Below are positions 19,801-28,389 of a stretch of 64,000 bases of DNA, in pieces. How positions within the stretch are numbered: the first letter of the stretch is position 1; every line of letters starts with the position of its first letter. The stretch is taken from positions 39,501 through 103,500 of the IMG/VR virus record IMGVR_UViG_3300025372_000012; one strand, given 5' to 3'. The position numbers were made by a program, and so were the translations under genes. Below the pieces are notes generated by a model, which was given only the letters and a program-made list of their open reading frames with translations, ran no database searches and had not been told where the DNA came from. Source of the DNA: a virus. Its lineage: Duplodnaviria > Caudoviricetes.

Positions 19801-22452
19801 GTTAATGTACAAAACGTTAACGCAGGAGCAAAGGCTTCGACTGATATTGTTGCCAGTGCAGATAACGTTACACTAAGTTCTGCCTATATTGATATGGGTA
19901 TTGCTAGCAGTACGTTTGACGGTAGTCAGCTATATAGCTTAGGACAAACCGTTGGACCAAATGATGGTTATTTGATGGTTGGTCAAAATGCTACAGCAGG
20001 TTTAGGTGATTTAGTATTTGGTACACTAACCAGTGGTACACAGATGCGTTTTGTTGTTGGTCCAGGAATATCAACAACAATTACTAACGCCTATATTGCA
20101 ATGACCGTTAACCCGGCGACTACACAAGTAAATTCAACTAACACTGGTGTGTTAACGGTCAATGGTGGTCTAGGTGTAGCCGGTGGTGGTTACTTTAGCG
20201 GAATTGTAACTGCTACTACATTTGTTGGCGCATTTAGCGGTACGGTTACAGGAACTGCATCAACCGCAACCAATGCGGCAACAGCATATTCGACTATCGG
20301 TACTCTATCAACTGGTACTGGATTCTATGGTGGATCATTTAATGGATCAACAAACCAAACTTGGTCGTTAAACACAGCCACATTGATGGCAACATCAGTA
20401 TTGGCATTTACTGCAACCAATGCGGCTACTGCTTACTCAACTATTGCTTCATTAACAGCAGGTACTGGTTTAAGTGGTACAGCATTTAATGGAAGCGCCG
20501 CACAAACATGGACGTTGAATACTGCAACGTTGATGACTACAGCAGTCAACATTACAGGTGGAGCGAACGGTAGTTTGTTATATCAAAGCGGCGCTAACGC
20601 AACAACTGCATTGGCTATTGGTACAAACGGTTACGTATTGACCAGTAATGGTACTACCCCTCAATGGGCAGCAGCCAGCGGGGTTACGGCAGGTAATGCA
20701 ACTAACGCTGCCAACGTAGCCACCGTAGCACAAAATAGTAACGCAACATACTATCCGGTATTTGTCAATGCCAACAATGCTTCAAGTGCTAACATGGCCT
20801 TGTACACTTCAAGTACATTTAGCATTAACCCTGCTACGGGTCAGTATAATATTGGTGGTAGTTTATATGTTACTGGTGATTTGTACGTCGATGGTACACA
20901 AACCGTTGTTAACTCAAACGTGATTAGCAGTGGTGATAAGGCTTTAGTTTTAAGTACAGGGTCAAGTAATGCATCATTAGCATCAAACGCTGGTTTATAC
21001 ATTGGTGCAACCAGTGCAACCAGCTATGCAAGTTTAACATTTGACGGATCTTCTAACTGGGTAGTCGGTGGTGCTAATGCAACTGGTATTAAGTCCGGAG
21101 CATTAACCGTAACAGGCCTAACTGGTTATATGTATGCAAACGGATCTGGTGCTGTAACTGCGGCTACTACAATTCCTAACGCTGGGCTTGCTAATAGCTC
21201 TATTACCGTTACAGCAGGAACCGGTTTAAGTGGCGGTGGAGCAGTATCACTTGGCAGCTCAGTTACATTAAGCAACGCAGGTGTAACCAGCGCGGTGGCA
21301 GGTTATGGTATTGCAGTTAGTGGTGCAACTGGTGCTGTTACAATCAGCGCTTCTACTGCATCTTTATATGTATATCGTGCAACAATGGCTGATAGTGCAA
21401 GTGGATCTGCAGGTAGCGTTGCTAACTCATTAACGGCAGGTGCTGGTTTAACAGGATCATCGTTTAACGGTAGTGCGGCAGTTACATGGACTTTGAACAC
21501 TGCTACATTGATGCAGACATCTGTAAACTTAGGCAGCGGTGCTGGTGGTAGTATTCCGTATCAATCGGCTGCTAACACAACTGCATTCTTAGGTATTGGT
21601 ACTAGTGGGTATGTATTAACCAGTAACGGTAGTGTTCCTACATGGACGGCTGCATCAAGTGTTACTGCTGGTGCTACATCAGGTACATTAACTGCTGGTA
21701 CTGGTTTAAGCGGAACAGCATTTAACGGTAGTGCAAACGTTACATGGACTAACGCAGGTGTTACAAGTAATGTTGCAGGCACAGGTATTAGCGTTAGTGG
21801 TGCAACAGGTGCTGTTACCATTACAAACACTGGTGTAACATCATTGGCAGCTGGTACAGGTATTAGCGTATCTGGATCAACAGGTGGTGTAACCGTTACC
21901 AACTCAGGTGTTACTAGTGCGGTAGCAGGTACAGGTGTAAGTGTAAGTGGTGCAACTGGTGCAGTAACATTCAGTATTGGACAAGCAGTTGCTACTAGTT
22001 CGGCTGTAACTTTTGGTAGTATTAACGTTGGTAGTGCAAGCGGTGCAACAACTGGACAGATTAACGCAAGCGGCGAAATTACAGCATATAGTTCAGATCG
22101 TCGATTAAAAACGAATGTAAGAACTATTGACAATGCTGTAGATAAAGTGTTAAAATTAAACGGTATTATATACAATTGGAATGAATTAGCAAATCAATTA
22201 GTAGGTTACGATACCTCTATTGATGTTGTTGGTTTGTTTGCACAAGATGTAGAAGAAGTTTTACCACAAGCTGTTAAGCCGGCTCCGTTTGATATAGAAG
22301 ACGGACAAAGCAAATCAGGAGAAAACTACTTAACCGTTCAGTACGAGAAAGTAGTTCCATTATTAGTTGAGGCAATTAAAGAACAACAAGCTACTATAGA
22401 AGCTCTAATGACAGAGATTCGAAATATTAAGGACCAATTGGGTAATAAATAA
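16870..22452 (+). CDS. Long tail fibre with Mtd-N-like N-terminus and S74 chaperone
   Basis: QVQWKRGTT...FTG-like YTGAVGEIVVDT...HDGVTQGG; C-terminal YSSDRRLKTN...GLFAQDV...VQYEKVVPLLVEAIKE. Confidence 0.85.
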   Translation: MSTQVQWKRGTTAQNNTYTGAVGEIVVDTQLKQLRLHDGVTQGGVIIGSTSITVSTATNLAGGTAGQIPYQTAAGATSFFGAGTAGSVLVSYGSTGTPTFQNTLTLAGTTAATSSQTGALVVAGGVGIGGSLYVGGDLYVDGTQTILNSTNIQTGDKVVYMSTSSATALAAINSGIAIGPTTGVYASLLFDGVANWKSVGGLLPNADATYNLGSTSLRWASLAVSGNVTATTFVGNLTGNITGAGTGNIVYQSANNTTSFLSTGTTGQLLVAAGGAPVWTNTSSIYVYRSTLADLATTATNAGTAYATIATLSTGTGFYGGSFNGSTNQTWSLNTATLMTTAVNVVGGAAGSLPYQTAAGATTMLSLGSTGYVLTAGASAPQWTAISGLSAGLATTATNIAGGAAGSLPYQTAAGATTMLALGTLNSVLTAGSSSPTYVSQVLAGNGTASYTQATGQSLVVTGGGLGVTGNSYFLNNLGIGGSLYITGDLYVDGTQTVVNSNVISSGDKALVLSTGSTTAALASSAGLYIGATSATSYASLTFDGSTNWVVGGSSATNLKSAGLIVSGLTGYMYANGSGVVTAATTIPNAGLANSSITVTAGTGLTGGGSVSLGGSTTLTLNTATLMATSVLAFTANTATNAATAYSTIATLSTGTGFYGGSFNGSTAQTWSLNTATLMTTSVNLAGGLAGQFAYQTAAGATAFVSTGSMYVYRATMSDSASGSAGSVANALTIGTGLIGTSSTFNGSAAVTVSLNTATLMATSVLAQTATTATSAATAYSTIASLTAGTGLSGTAFNGSTAQTWTLNTATLMANAVTAINLAGGVAGAVPYQSAAGTTLFSAAGSAGQILVSGGTSAPVYSSNITLNNFTASTIVVTSTANSTSSYSANALYVAGGIGGNSGFNINGNGYLNGNLTVNGTITGTNAVLTVNQVTATSGVFYGDSTGNGALYAGVSNYTPFGQTMIQATGNLNNYMEVNVQNVNAGAKASTDIVASADNVTLSSAYIDMGIASSTFDGSQLYSLGQTVGPNDGYLMVGQNATAGLGDLVFGTLTSGTQMRFVVGPGISTTITNAYIAMTVNPATTQVNSTNTGVLTVNGGLGVAGGGYFSGIVTATTFVGAFSGTVTGTASTATNAATAYSTIGTLSTGTGFYGGSFNGSTNQTWSLNTATLMATSVLAFTATNAATAYSTIASLTAGTGLSGTAFNGSAAQTWTLNTATLMTTAVNITGGANGSLLYQSGANATTALAIGTNGYVLTSNGTTPQWAAASGVTAGNATNAANVATVAQNSNATYYPVFVNANNASSANMALYTSSTFSINPATGQYNIGGSLYVTGDLYVDGTQTVVNSNVISSGDKALVLSTGSSNASLASNAGLYIGATSATSYASLTFDGSSNWVVGGANATGIKSGALTVTGLTGYMYANGSGAVTAATTIPNAGLANSSITVTAGTGLSGGGAVSLGSSVTLSNAGVTSAVAGYGIAVSGATGAVTISASTASLYVYRATMADSASGSAGSVANSLTAGAGLTGSSFNGSAAVTWTLNTATLMQTSVNLGSGAGGSIPYQSAANTTAFLGIGTSGYVLTSNGSVPTWTAASSVTAGATSGTLTAGTGLSGTAFNGSANVTWTNAGVTSNVAGTGISVSGATGAVTITNTGVTSLAAGTGISVSGSTGGVTVTNSGVTSAVAGTGVSVSGATGAVTFSIGQAVATSSAVTFGSINVGSASGATTGQINASGEITAYSSDRRLKTNVRTIDNAVDKVLKLNGIIYNWNELANQLVGYDTSIDVVGLFAQDVEEVLPQAVKPAPFDIEDGQSKSGENYLTVQYEKVVPLLVEAIKEQQATIEALMTEIRNIKDQLGNK
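18307..21270 (+). repeat. 420-nt internal duplication (18307-18726 and 20851-21270) plus shorter repeated modules
   Basis: IGGSLY(I/V)TGDLYVDGTQTVVNSNVISSGDKALVLSTGS...IPNAGLANSSITVTAGTGL occurs twice; GTGFYGGSFNGST starts at 17812, 18832 and 20314. Confidence 0.9.
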
Positions 22453-22492
22453 CACAAGTTAATCATTAATTTTAGTATAACCAAATTAGACC

Positions 22493-22500
22493 TATAAATA
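22493..22500 (+). promoter_or_regulatory. T4-type late promoter TATAAATA
   Basis: Exact consensus upstream of SD aggag and GTG 22517. Confidence 0.7.
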
Positions 22501-22516
22501 TCCAGGAGACTATAGA

Positions 22517-22717
22517 GTGGCGTCAGTTTTACCAGCAACAGGAAATGCAATTACCATGGGGAGAGTGTATACGGCGTATACTAATGCGGCTCCAACTGCT
22601 GGTACCAACATTAAACTTAGTGCTACTCTAGGTGCTAATTACGGTGGTAAAGTTGCAGGAACTCAAATTAGTTTCTCCTCAACATTTGGCGGTAAAACTG
22701 CACCATACACATATTAA
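22517..22717 (+). CDS. Small fibre-tip/adhesin-N-like protein
   Basis: LPATGNAITM...ISFSSTFGG resembles small proteins that follow S74-type fibres; strong SD. Confidence 0.55.
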   Translation: MASVLPATGNAITMGRVYTAYTNAAPTAGTNIKLSATLGANYGGKVAGTQISFSSTFGGKTAPYTY

Positions 22718-22728
22718 ACGGATTAACA

Positions 22729-23193
22729 ATGAGTTTAGATATTGAACATTTGCTAGAAATAGCAAGCACTCGGGTCAGTAAATGGGAACTAGACACTATT
22801 GTCTGGAATGACAGAATGTCAAACCCTACAACATTGGTAAATTTTCTAACAAGAATTAAAGAGTTAGAAGTTACTCAAACTACAGATGCTGATGCCCAAG
22901 AATTAGCAATTCTTCAAGAATTGGCAAATGAAATGGATCAAGACGAGTGCGAACAATTACTATCGGGCGACGACGAAATAGTAAAACAGCGTTTCATAGA
23001 AGAATTAGCAAGACAGGGTGCATTAGAAACTCTTTGTAATAATGCATTGAGCATAGATACTATGGAAAAAATGTGCAAACTAAGTCCTAATGATTTTATT
23101 TTAGCCGCAAAACGCAGTCAAGATTTAATTAATTCTATTCAAGAATTAGTAATTCAAGGCGAAACATTAAGTAGCGAAATGGCTGGAGCATGA
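22729..23193 (+). CDS. Hypothetical acidic helical protein
   Basis: 154-aa ORF overlapping the next gene (ATGA). Confidence 0.7.
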   Translation: MSLDIEHLLEIASTRVSKWELDTIVWNDRMSNPTTLVNFLTRIKELEVTQTTDADAQELAILQELANEMDQDECEQLLSGDDEIVKQRFIEELARQGALETLCNNALSIDTMEKMCKLSPNDFILAAKRSQDLINSIQELVIQGETLSSEMAGA

Positions 23194-23843
23194 CAAAAAG
23201 CGTATTTGCTTCTAGCCAGTGGTCGCTTAAAAAATCAAAACTGGCAGTTCTAGTACCTTGTCGTGATACATTACATAGTGCATTCAGCAAGTGTCTTGTA
23301 GAACTTGTAAAATTAAACACAATGAACGGTTTAGATACTCATGTTATCTATGATTCTAGTACCGTTTTACTAACGCAACGCGAACGTCTTGCATTAGAAG
23401 CCAAAGCAATTGGCGCAGAATATATGCTATGGTTAGATAGTGACATGGTGTTTCCTGCAACAACTGCACTCAGGTTGTTAGCACATAAGAAACCTGTTGT
23501 GGCTGCAAACTATGTACGTCGCCAACCCCCATTCAAAGGTGTTGCTTATACTAAAATTGGCGACTGGGAAAATCCTGTACCATTTGAAGCACAAGATGAC
23601 CTAGTTGAAATTGAAGGGATAGGTATGGGATGCATGTTAGTAAAAACCAGCGTCCTTGATGAAATTGCTAGACCATATTTTGAGTTTGGATGGACACCTG
23701 AAAGCGATGACTGGTTAGGAGAAGACATGTACTTCTGTCAGAAGATTGCCCAAGCAGGGCATTCTATATATTTAGACACAACACTAAGTATGGAAACTAG
23801 ACACTTAGGAACATGGGCATTTGGTCCTGACTTAATCGAGTAA
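23190..23843 (+). CDS. GT-A fold (GT2-like) glycosyltransferase
   Basis: LWLDSDM DxD motif, GMGCMLV, GEDMYFC. Confidence 0.8.
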   Translation: MTKSVFASSQWSLKKSKLAVLVPCRDTLHSAFSKCLVELVKLNTMNGLDTHVIYDSSTVLLTQRERLALEAKAIGAEYMLWLDSDMVFPATTALRLLAHKKPVVAANYVRRQPPFKGVAYTKIGDWENPVPFEAQDDLVEIEGIGMGCMLVKTSVLDEIARPYFEFGWTPESDDWLGEDMYFCQKIAQAGHSIYLDTTLSMETRHLGTWAFGPDLIE

Positions 23844-24281
23844 GTCTAACAATAGTTCTAATTTAGCTCTAATAACTTTATTACCAAAGCTGGCTTTAAG
23901 TCCTTGATGCAAGGGTTTAGGCCAGTTCTCATAACTACACCATGCATATCCGCTGTGTTCTTCATTTAGCTGAGGAATAAATTCTTCATCAACCATAACA
24001 ACGTAGGTATTGTATTGAAAGTTTTGATCGTTACTTGTAAACAATTCTAAAGGAATTGTCTTTTTAATTTCAGTAACTTTTCCTATTTCTTCTTCTATCT
24101 CTCTTTTAAGAGCTTCGAACGGTGTAGCGTCTGTAGGTTCTTTACGCCCGCCTACCAAGCCCCAAGTACCCGCAGTACGACCTTGTGTGCGTAGTAGAAA
24201 CAAAAAACGCTTTGTATTTTTTGCTAGAAATAAACCACCGCTTGCGATGATTTGTTGCGAATTTAAAGTACTATTCTCCAT
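23832..24281 (-). CDS. NUDIX hydrolase
   Basis: Nudix box GGRKEPTD...ALKREIEEEIG. Confidence 0.9.
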   Translation of the reverse strand: MENSTLNSQQIIASGGLFLAKNTKRFLFLLRTQGRTAGTWGLVGGRKEPTDATPFEALKREIEEEIGKVTEIKKTIPLELFTSNDQNFQYNTYVVMVDEEFIPQLNEEHSGYAWCSYENWPKPLHQGLKASFGNKVIRAKLELLLDLLD

Positions 24282-25639
24282 GCGTCCTTGTCGTAGATGC
24301 CTTCAAAACTCTTACTCCAGGACTCACCGTCCCACTTGTATTGAATGCCTGTATAAATGTTAGTTATATAGGTAATCGATGTTGCTGCCTGAGAATTGAA
24401 AACAATAGACCACGCACTTCCGTTCCATTCTATAATATCATTGGCGTTTGCTGAAAAACTACTATGGTCACCGTTTAACCAAGCAGACGGCCCATTTGTA
24501 GAATCTGCAGATATATTTTCTAATATTAGATATCTAGTGCCTGCTGTTGGATCGTTAGGATTAAATGTTTCTGGATTAACGATAGCATCTACCGTACCCC
24601 TACCTGATATTACGGTATTTGTAGGAATAGTATCTGTGTCTATATTTAAAAGCATTCTACGTTCGTCGAATGGATCTAAACTTACAAAAGCAACAACTTC
24701 ATTTCCGTCGGGCTTCATTAATCTTAATTGTGTTAAGTTTGCTCTAAATTGTCCGGGATATAAATCTAATAATTTTCTCCATGATACCGTATGATCAGGC
24801 ATAGAATCTAATGTCGAATCTGTGTCTATTTCGTTTTTAACAATGCTAGCAACATTGTCTAGTACCAGTAATTCAAAGTTTCCAGGAGAAATAACCGTTT
24901 TAGCAACTTGATTTCCTAGCCCATTGTAAACTGCTTCAATGCTATCGTACTCAGATGCAATAGTACCAGGTTCGTTACTAAACACATTGGCAATAATTTT
25001 TGTAATAACACCCATACGTTTAACTTTAGCAGGTGGTGTGATCCAAATTGGTGTTTCAAATGTAAGTGTACAAATATCTATATCTTGATTAGCACCTTGT
25101 GGCACCTGTCGGCTGGTCCAATTAGTTTGTTTTAGGTATAAAACCGTTAGACTGGTCCAGTCTACATAATTGTCCGTGGTCTGTAATTCCATTGCAGGAT
25201 TGAAAAAATATGCAAGTTGTTCGATAATTTGCAACTTTTGATCAGTGTTAGTTGTCCATATATCTGTACTGAATGTTAGTTTATATGGTGCAGGCATAAT
25301 ACGTTCAACCGTATAACCTAGCCCTTGTGTATTCAGGTACTCTCCTGTTACTTCGTCAAATTCTCTTTCTCTAATCTGTACCTTACTTACAAATGTTGGT
25401 TCTTGTAATCTAGATTGTTCGTAATCTAAACCTTTGATATAACATGCAATAAATGGAGCACTCGGTAATGTGTTTTCACTATTTTTCTTTAATAACGCAG
25501 AGGCTTGACGACTAGGGTCTCCGTACATTACTGGAACTTGAATAATTTTTCCGTTACCATCTTTGTAACTAAAATTACTCATAACTCGCATAAATTGTGT
25601 CAAGTATCTACGTACTTGTCCGTCATAGAACCAATCCAT
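24263..25639 (-). CDS. gp15: Tail completion/sheath stabiliser (gp15-like) with C-terminal extension
   Basis: WFYDGQVRRY...VPVMYG...PAPYKLTF...QKLQIIEQL...FNP pattern. Confidence 0.65.
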   Translation of the reverse strand: MDWFYDGQVRRYLTQFMRVMSNFSYKDGNGKIIQVPVMYGDPSRQASALLKKNSENTLPSAPFIACYIKGLDYEQSRLQEPTFVSKVQIREREFDEVTGEYLNTQGLGYTVERIMPAPYKLTFSTDIWTTNTDQKLQIIEQLAYFFNPAMELQTTDNYVDWTSLTVLYLKQTNWTSRQVPQGANQDIDICTLTFETPIWITPPAKVKRMGVITKIIANVFSNEPGTIASEYDSIEAVYNGLGNQVAKTVISPGNFELLVLDNVASIVKNEIDTDSTLDSMPDHTVSWRKLLDLYPGQFRANLTQLRLMKPDGNEVVAFVSLDPFDERRMLLNIDTDTIPTNTVISGRGTVDAIVNPETFNPNDPTAGTRYLILENISADSTNGPSAWLNGDHSSFSANANDIIEWNGSAWSIVFNSQAATSITYITNIYTGIQYKWDGESWSKSFEGIYDKDAWRIVL

Positions 25640-25640
25640 C

Positions 25641-26843
25641 TTAATTGTCCGCCTTTGGTTTTAGTGCCTTACTCAGTGCTTGTCGTTCTACAATAACCTG
25701 ACCACTAACGGTACTTGTATTTGTATTGTTAACAAAACTTGATTTTTGTGTTTCTCTAATTGCTGATCCTACGAAAGTTCCAGTTGATACATCTTGAGTA
25801 CCAAACTGGTTCATGGTCATACGCACACCCTGTTCATATAAGTTCCAACGTTTGCCATCGTATCTAAAAAGTGCATTAGGTAAGTAATCTGATCTTAGAT
25901 AAAATTGACCAACTTGTGGATCAGTAGGAAATACTATTCCTGATCCAAATATTGCACCGTTAGGTGGAACGCCGTTTCCGTTGTTTGAAGATACGTAAAC
26001 ATTTCCCTTAGGAGTTTGTAATATAATACTGGCATCTAGTTTATCAGAACTTGCATCGTCAATAGTATCTGACGCAGATTCATAATCAATTAATCCGTTA
26101 GCATCTGTAGGAATAACAAAGAAACTATTTTTGTCGTAACCACTCAGTGGCGCATCTTGATTTGCTTGTTCAACGATTTGATTATTAATTTCAATGCTCT
26201 TATTGTATGTGCTCAACAAATCTCTTAGGGTGCTACCGTCTCCTGCACCGCTATCTTGATTAAGAATCTGACTAAATTCTTGACTATCAACAAGAGGTTG
26301 ACATTTAGCACGAAGTAAATGGGGATACCAAGTTTGACTAAACCCATTTGTAGGACGGCTAACATCTGTAACTACATAGAATCTTTTCAATGCAACTAGG
26401 CTATCATCCAATGCATACTCGTCTTTTAAGTGTGGTAGTTCTAAAACATCTCCGGGCATGATTTTACGGGTTAATGTGTCTACACATCCACGCAAATGAA
26501 AGTGCATCATTATATTGTCGTTGCTTAAAAATAAGCCAAACTGGCTTAAATTAAAATCTAAGTCCTGCATGGTATAGATACCACGAAGCACATATACATC
26601 GGGTTCGTAGTTTCTATCACGGTTTTCCATGAACAACACATCTTGTATACCTAATTCTGGTATAGGGGCTGTGCTATTATTAGGAGTAGTTGGAGTAGAC
26701 TCTCCTGCGGCAGGATCAACAGGACCTAGGTATTTGTGTACAAAAATATCTGTACCTCCAACCTGGAATTGTTCGTTGATAATGCGATCCAGAAATCTAA
26801 AATCTGGGCCTTTTTCTGGTTTATAGAGTGATAAGCGTGGCAT
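25641..26843 (-). CDS. gp14: Neck protein (gp14-like)
   Basis: LSQFGLFL and GDVLELP motifs; sits between gp13-like and gp15-like genes. Confidence 0.55.
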   Translation of the reverse strand: MPRLSLYKPEKGPDFRFLDRIINEQFQVGGTDIFVHKYLGPVDPAAGESTPTTPNNSTAPIPELGIQDVLFMENRDRNYEPDVYVLRGIYTMQDLDFNLSQFGLFLSNDNIMMHFHLRGCVDTLTRKIMPGDVLELPHLKDEYALDDSLVALKRFYVVTDVSRPTNGFSQTWYPHLLRAKCQPLVDSQEFSQILNQDSGAGDGSTLRDLLSTYNKSIEINNQIVEQANQDAPLSGYDKNSFFVIPTDANGLIDYESASDTIDDASSDKLDASIILQTPKGNVYVSSNNGNGVPPNGAIFGSGIVFPTDPQVGQFYLRSDYLPNALFRYDGKRWNLYEQGVRMTMNQFGTQDVSTGTFVGSAIRETQKSSFVNNTNTSTVSGQVIVERQALSKALKPKADN

Positions 26844-26850
26844 GGTCTTG

Positions 26851-26856
26851 TATTTA
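26851..26856 (-). promoter_or_regulatory. Putative late promoter TAAATA
   Basis: tattta on the + strand, 7 nt from ATG 26843; overlaps the HNH stop codon. Confidence 0.55.
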
Positions 26857-27492
26857 TTGAACTATAGACTTACAATTATCTCCGTGCCATCGTATATAAT
26901 TCCCTCCGGTAACTTCTTTTTCACAATGCGGACATTTATTTTTAACGCGAGTTTTTGCTCGATCTTTAATTTTTTTAAGAGTTTCTTCTGAATGCCGTTT
27001 TCCTTGATTCCATGTTCCTACTATTGAAGCAGCTTTTTTCCTTTTTTCAGATATTAATTGACGTTCTTCGTTAGTTCTAGGAATTCCCTTATTCCATGGT
27101 ATTTTTCCTGTATTTGCTCTGGAGATCTTTTTCTTTGTTTCGTTTGATGTTATTACACCTTTTCTTAACGAGCCGTAACATAATCTTAATGATTCGTATG
27201 TACGCGAATTAGGAATATATCGTTCTTGTTTTGGTGACCCTTTAACAAGCATTCTCCAAAATGCTTGTTTCATTTTTATTAAATTATTACCATCAAGCAT
27301 CTTAGTTAATAACCAATGGCAGATAAAGTGTTCTCTTGCTGTCAACCGAACTAGGTTTGTTTTTAAATTTGATCCACCTAATGATCTTGGAATAATATGA
27401 TGTTTTTCAGAGTAACCATTTGTCAATTGTCGTTGGATACCCCTATTGATAATTTGATAATACACTCGAGTGTATTTGTTAACTAAATACAT
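26854..27492 (-). mobile_element. Free-standing HNH homing endonuclease with NUMOD3-like repeats
   Basis: EKHHIIPRSLGGSN...LVRLTAREHFICHWLL; ETKKKIS, PWNKG and HSEETLKKI; C-terminal CPHC. Confidence 0.9.
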
Positions 27493-27550
27493 TGCTGATG
27501 CTCCTTGTAGCGTTAGAGTAGTTAGGGATTGCCGTCCCGTGAACTACAAC

Positions 27551-27565
27551 TATTTATAATAAATA
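27551..27565. promoter_or_regulatory. Back-to-back late promoters (TATAAATA on -, TAAATA on +)
   Basis: tatttataataaata between the divergent HNH and gp13-like genes. Confidence 0.65.
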
Positions 27566-27571
27566 TCAATT

Positions 27572-28330
27572 ATGACCGATAACGAATTAGAACGCCAACC
27601 AGTTATAGAATATATACAGAACATGCTCGGCGACGGTCTTGTTGACGTTGAGCTAGATCCTAAGCATTACAATACCGCTATAGATCGTGCCCTAAACAAA
27701 TTTAGACAACGCAGTTCTAACAGCGTTGAAGAAAGCTACGGGTTTTTAACCCTGCAAGTTGATGTAAACGAATACATTCTTCCTAAAGAAGTTATGGATG
27801 TTCGTCAGCTATTCCGTCGCAGTATCGGATCACGTAGTGGTGGAGGCGAAGGCGGAACTTTATTTGAACCGTTCAACTTAGCCTATTCCAATACTTATTT
27901 GTTAGCAAGTTCTAACATGGGCGGTTTAGCAACTTACTATTCTTTTGCAAGTTATCAAAAGCAAGTAGGTAAAATGTTTGGTAGTGATATTAATTTCACA
28001 TTCAATAGAACCACTAAACTATTAACAATTATGCAACGTCCTAGAGCAGAAGAAGAACTTTTATTATGGATGTATAACTATCGTCCCGACTTCAACCTGC
28101 TTCAAGACCCTCAAGCAAGCCAGTGGTTGCGTGACTATAGTCTAGCTACCTGCAAGATTATGTTAGGTGAAGCTCGTGAAAAATTTGGAACTATTACTAG
28201 TCCACAGGGAAGCACAACACTAAACGGCCAAGCCCTTAAAGGTGAAGGCAAAGCTGAGATCGAAACACTAGAATTAGATCTTGTAAACTACAAAGACGGT
28301 GGAAGCCCACTAACTTTTGTAATTGGCTAA
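27572..28330 (+). CDS. gp13: Neck/head-tail adaptor (gp13-like)
   Basis: LGDGLVDVELD...WLRDYSLATCKIMLGEAREKF...TTLNG. Confidence 0.75.
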   Translation: MTDNELERQPVIEYIQNMLGDGLVDVELDPKHYNTAIDRALNKFRQRSSNSVEESYGFLTLQVDVNEYILPKEVMDVRQLFRRSIGSRSGGGEGGTLFEPFNLAYSNTYLLASSNMGGLATYYSFASYQKQVGKMFGSDINFTFNRTTKLLTIMQRPRAEEELLLWMYNYRPDFNLLQDPQASQWLRDYSLATCKIMLGEAREKFGTITSPQGSTTLNGQALKGEGKAEIETLELDLVNYKDGGSPLTFVIG

Positions 28331-28337
28331 AAAATAT

Positions 28338-28366
28338 TTGACAGGGTAATCTAAATGTAATAAATT
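28338..28366 (+). promoter_or_regulatory. Sigma70-like promoter
   Basis: TTGACA-17 nt-TAAATT upstream of the dNMP kinase. Confidence 0.5.
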
Positions 28367-28389
28367 ATAGTATCACGTTAGGAGATGCT

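Noticed and set aside
9961-22175. Long antisense ORFs (e.g. 9961-10449, 11557-12090, 21561-22175)
   Set aside because: Val/Ala/Pro-rich shadows of Thr/Gly/Ala codons, with no independent initiation signals
16870-22452. Diversity-generating retroelement suggested by the Mtd-N domain and duplications
   Set aside because: No reverse transcriptase in the window; both repeat copies are coding and differ mostly at synonymous sites rather than only at adenines
26854-27492. Group I intron around the HNH gene
   Set aside because: Flanking genes are intact and divergent, leaving no room for a ribozyme core
27493-27550. tRNA in the structured intergenic region
   Set aside because: Too short, with no cloverleaf or T-loop; no tRNA recognised anywhere in the window
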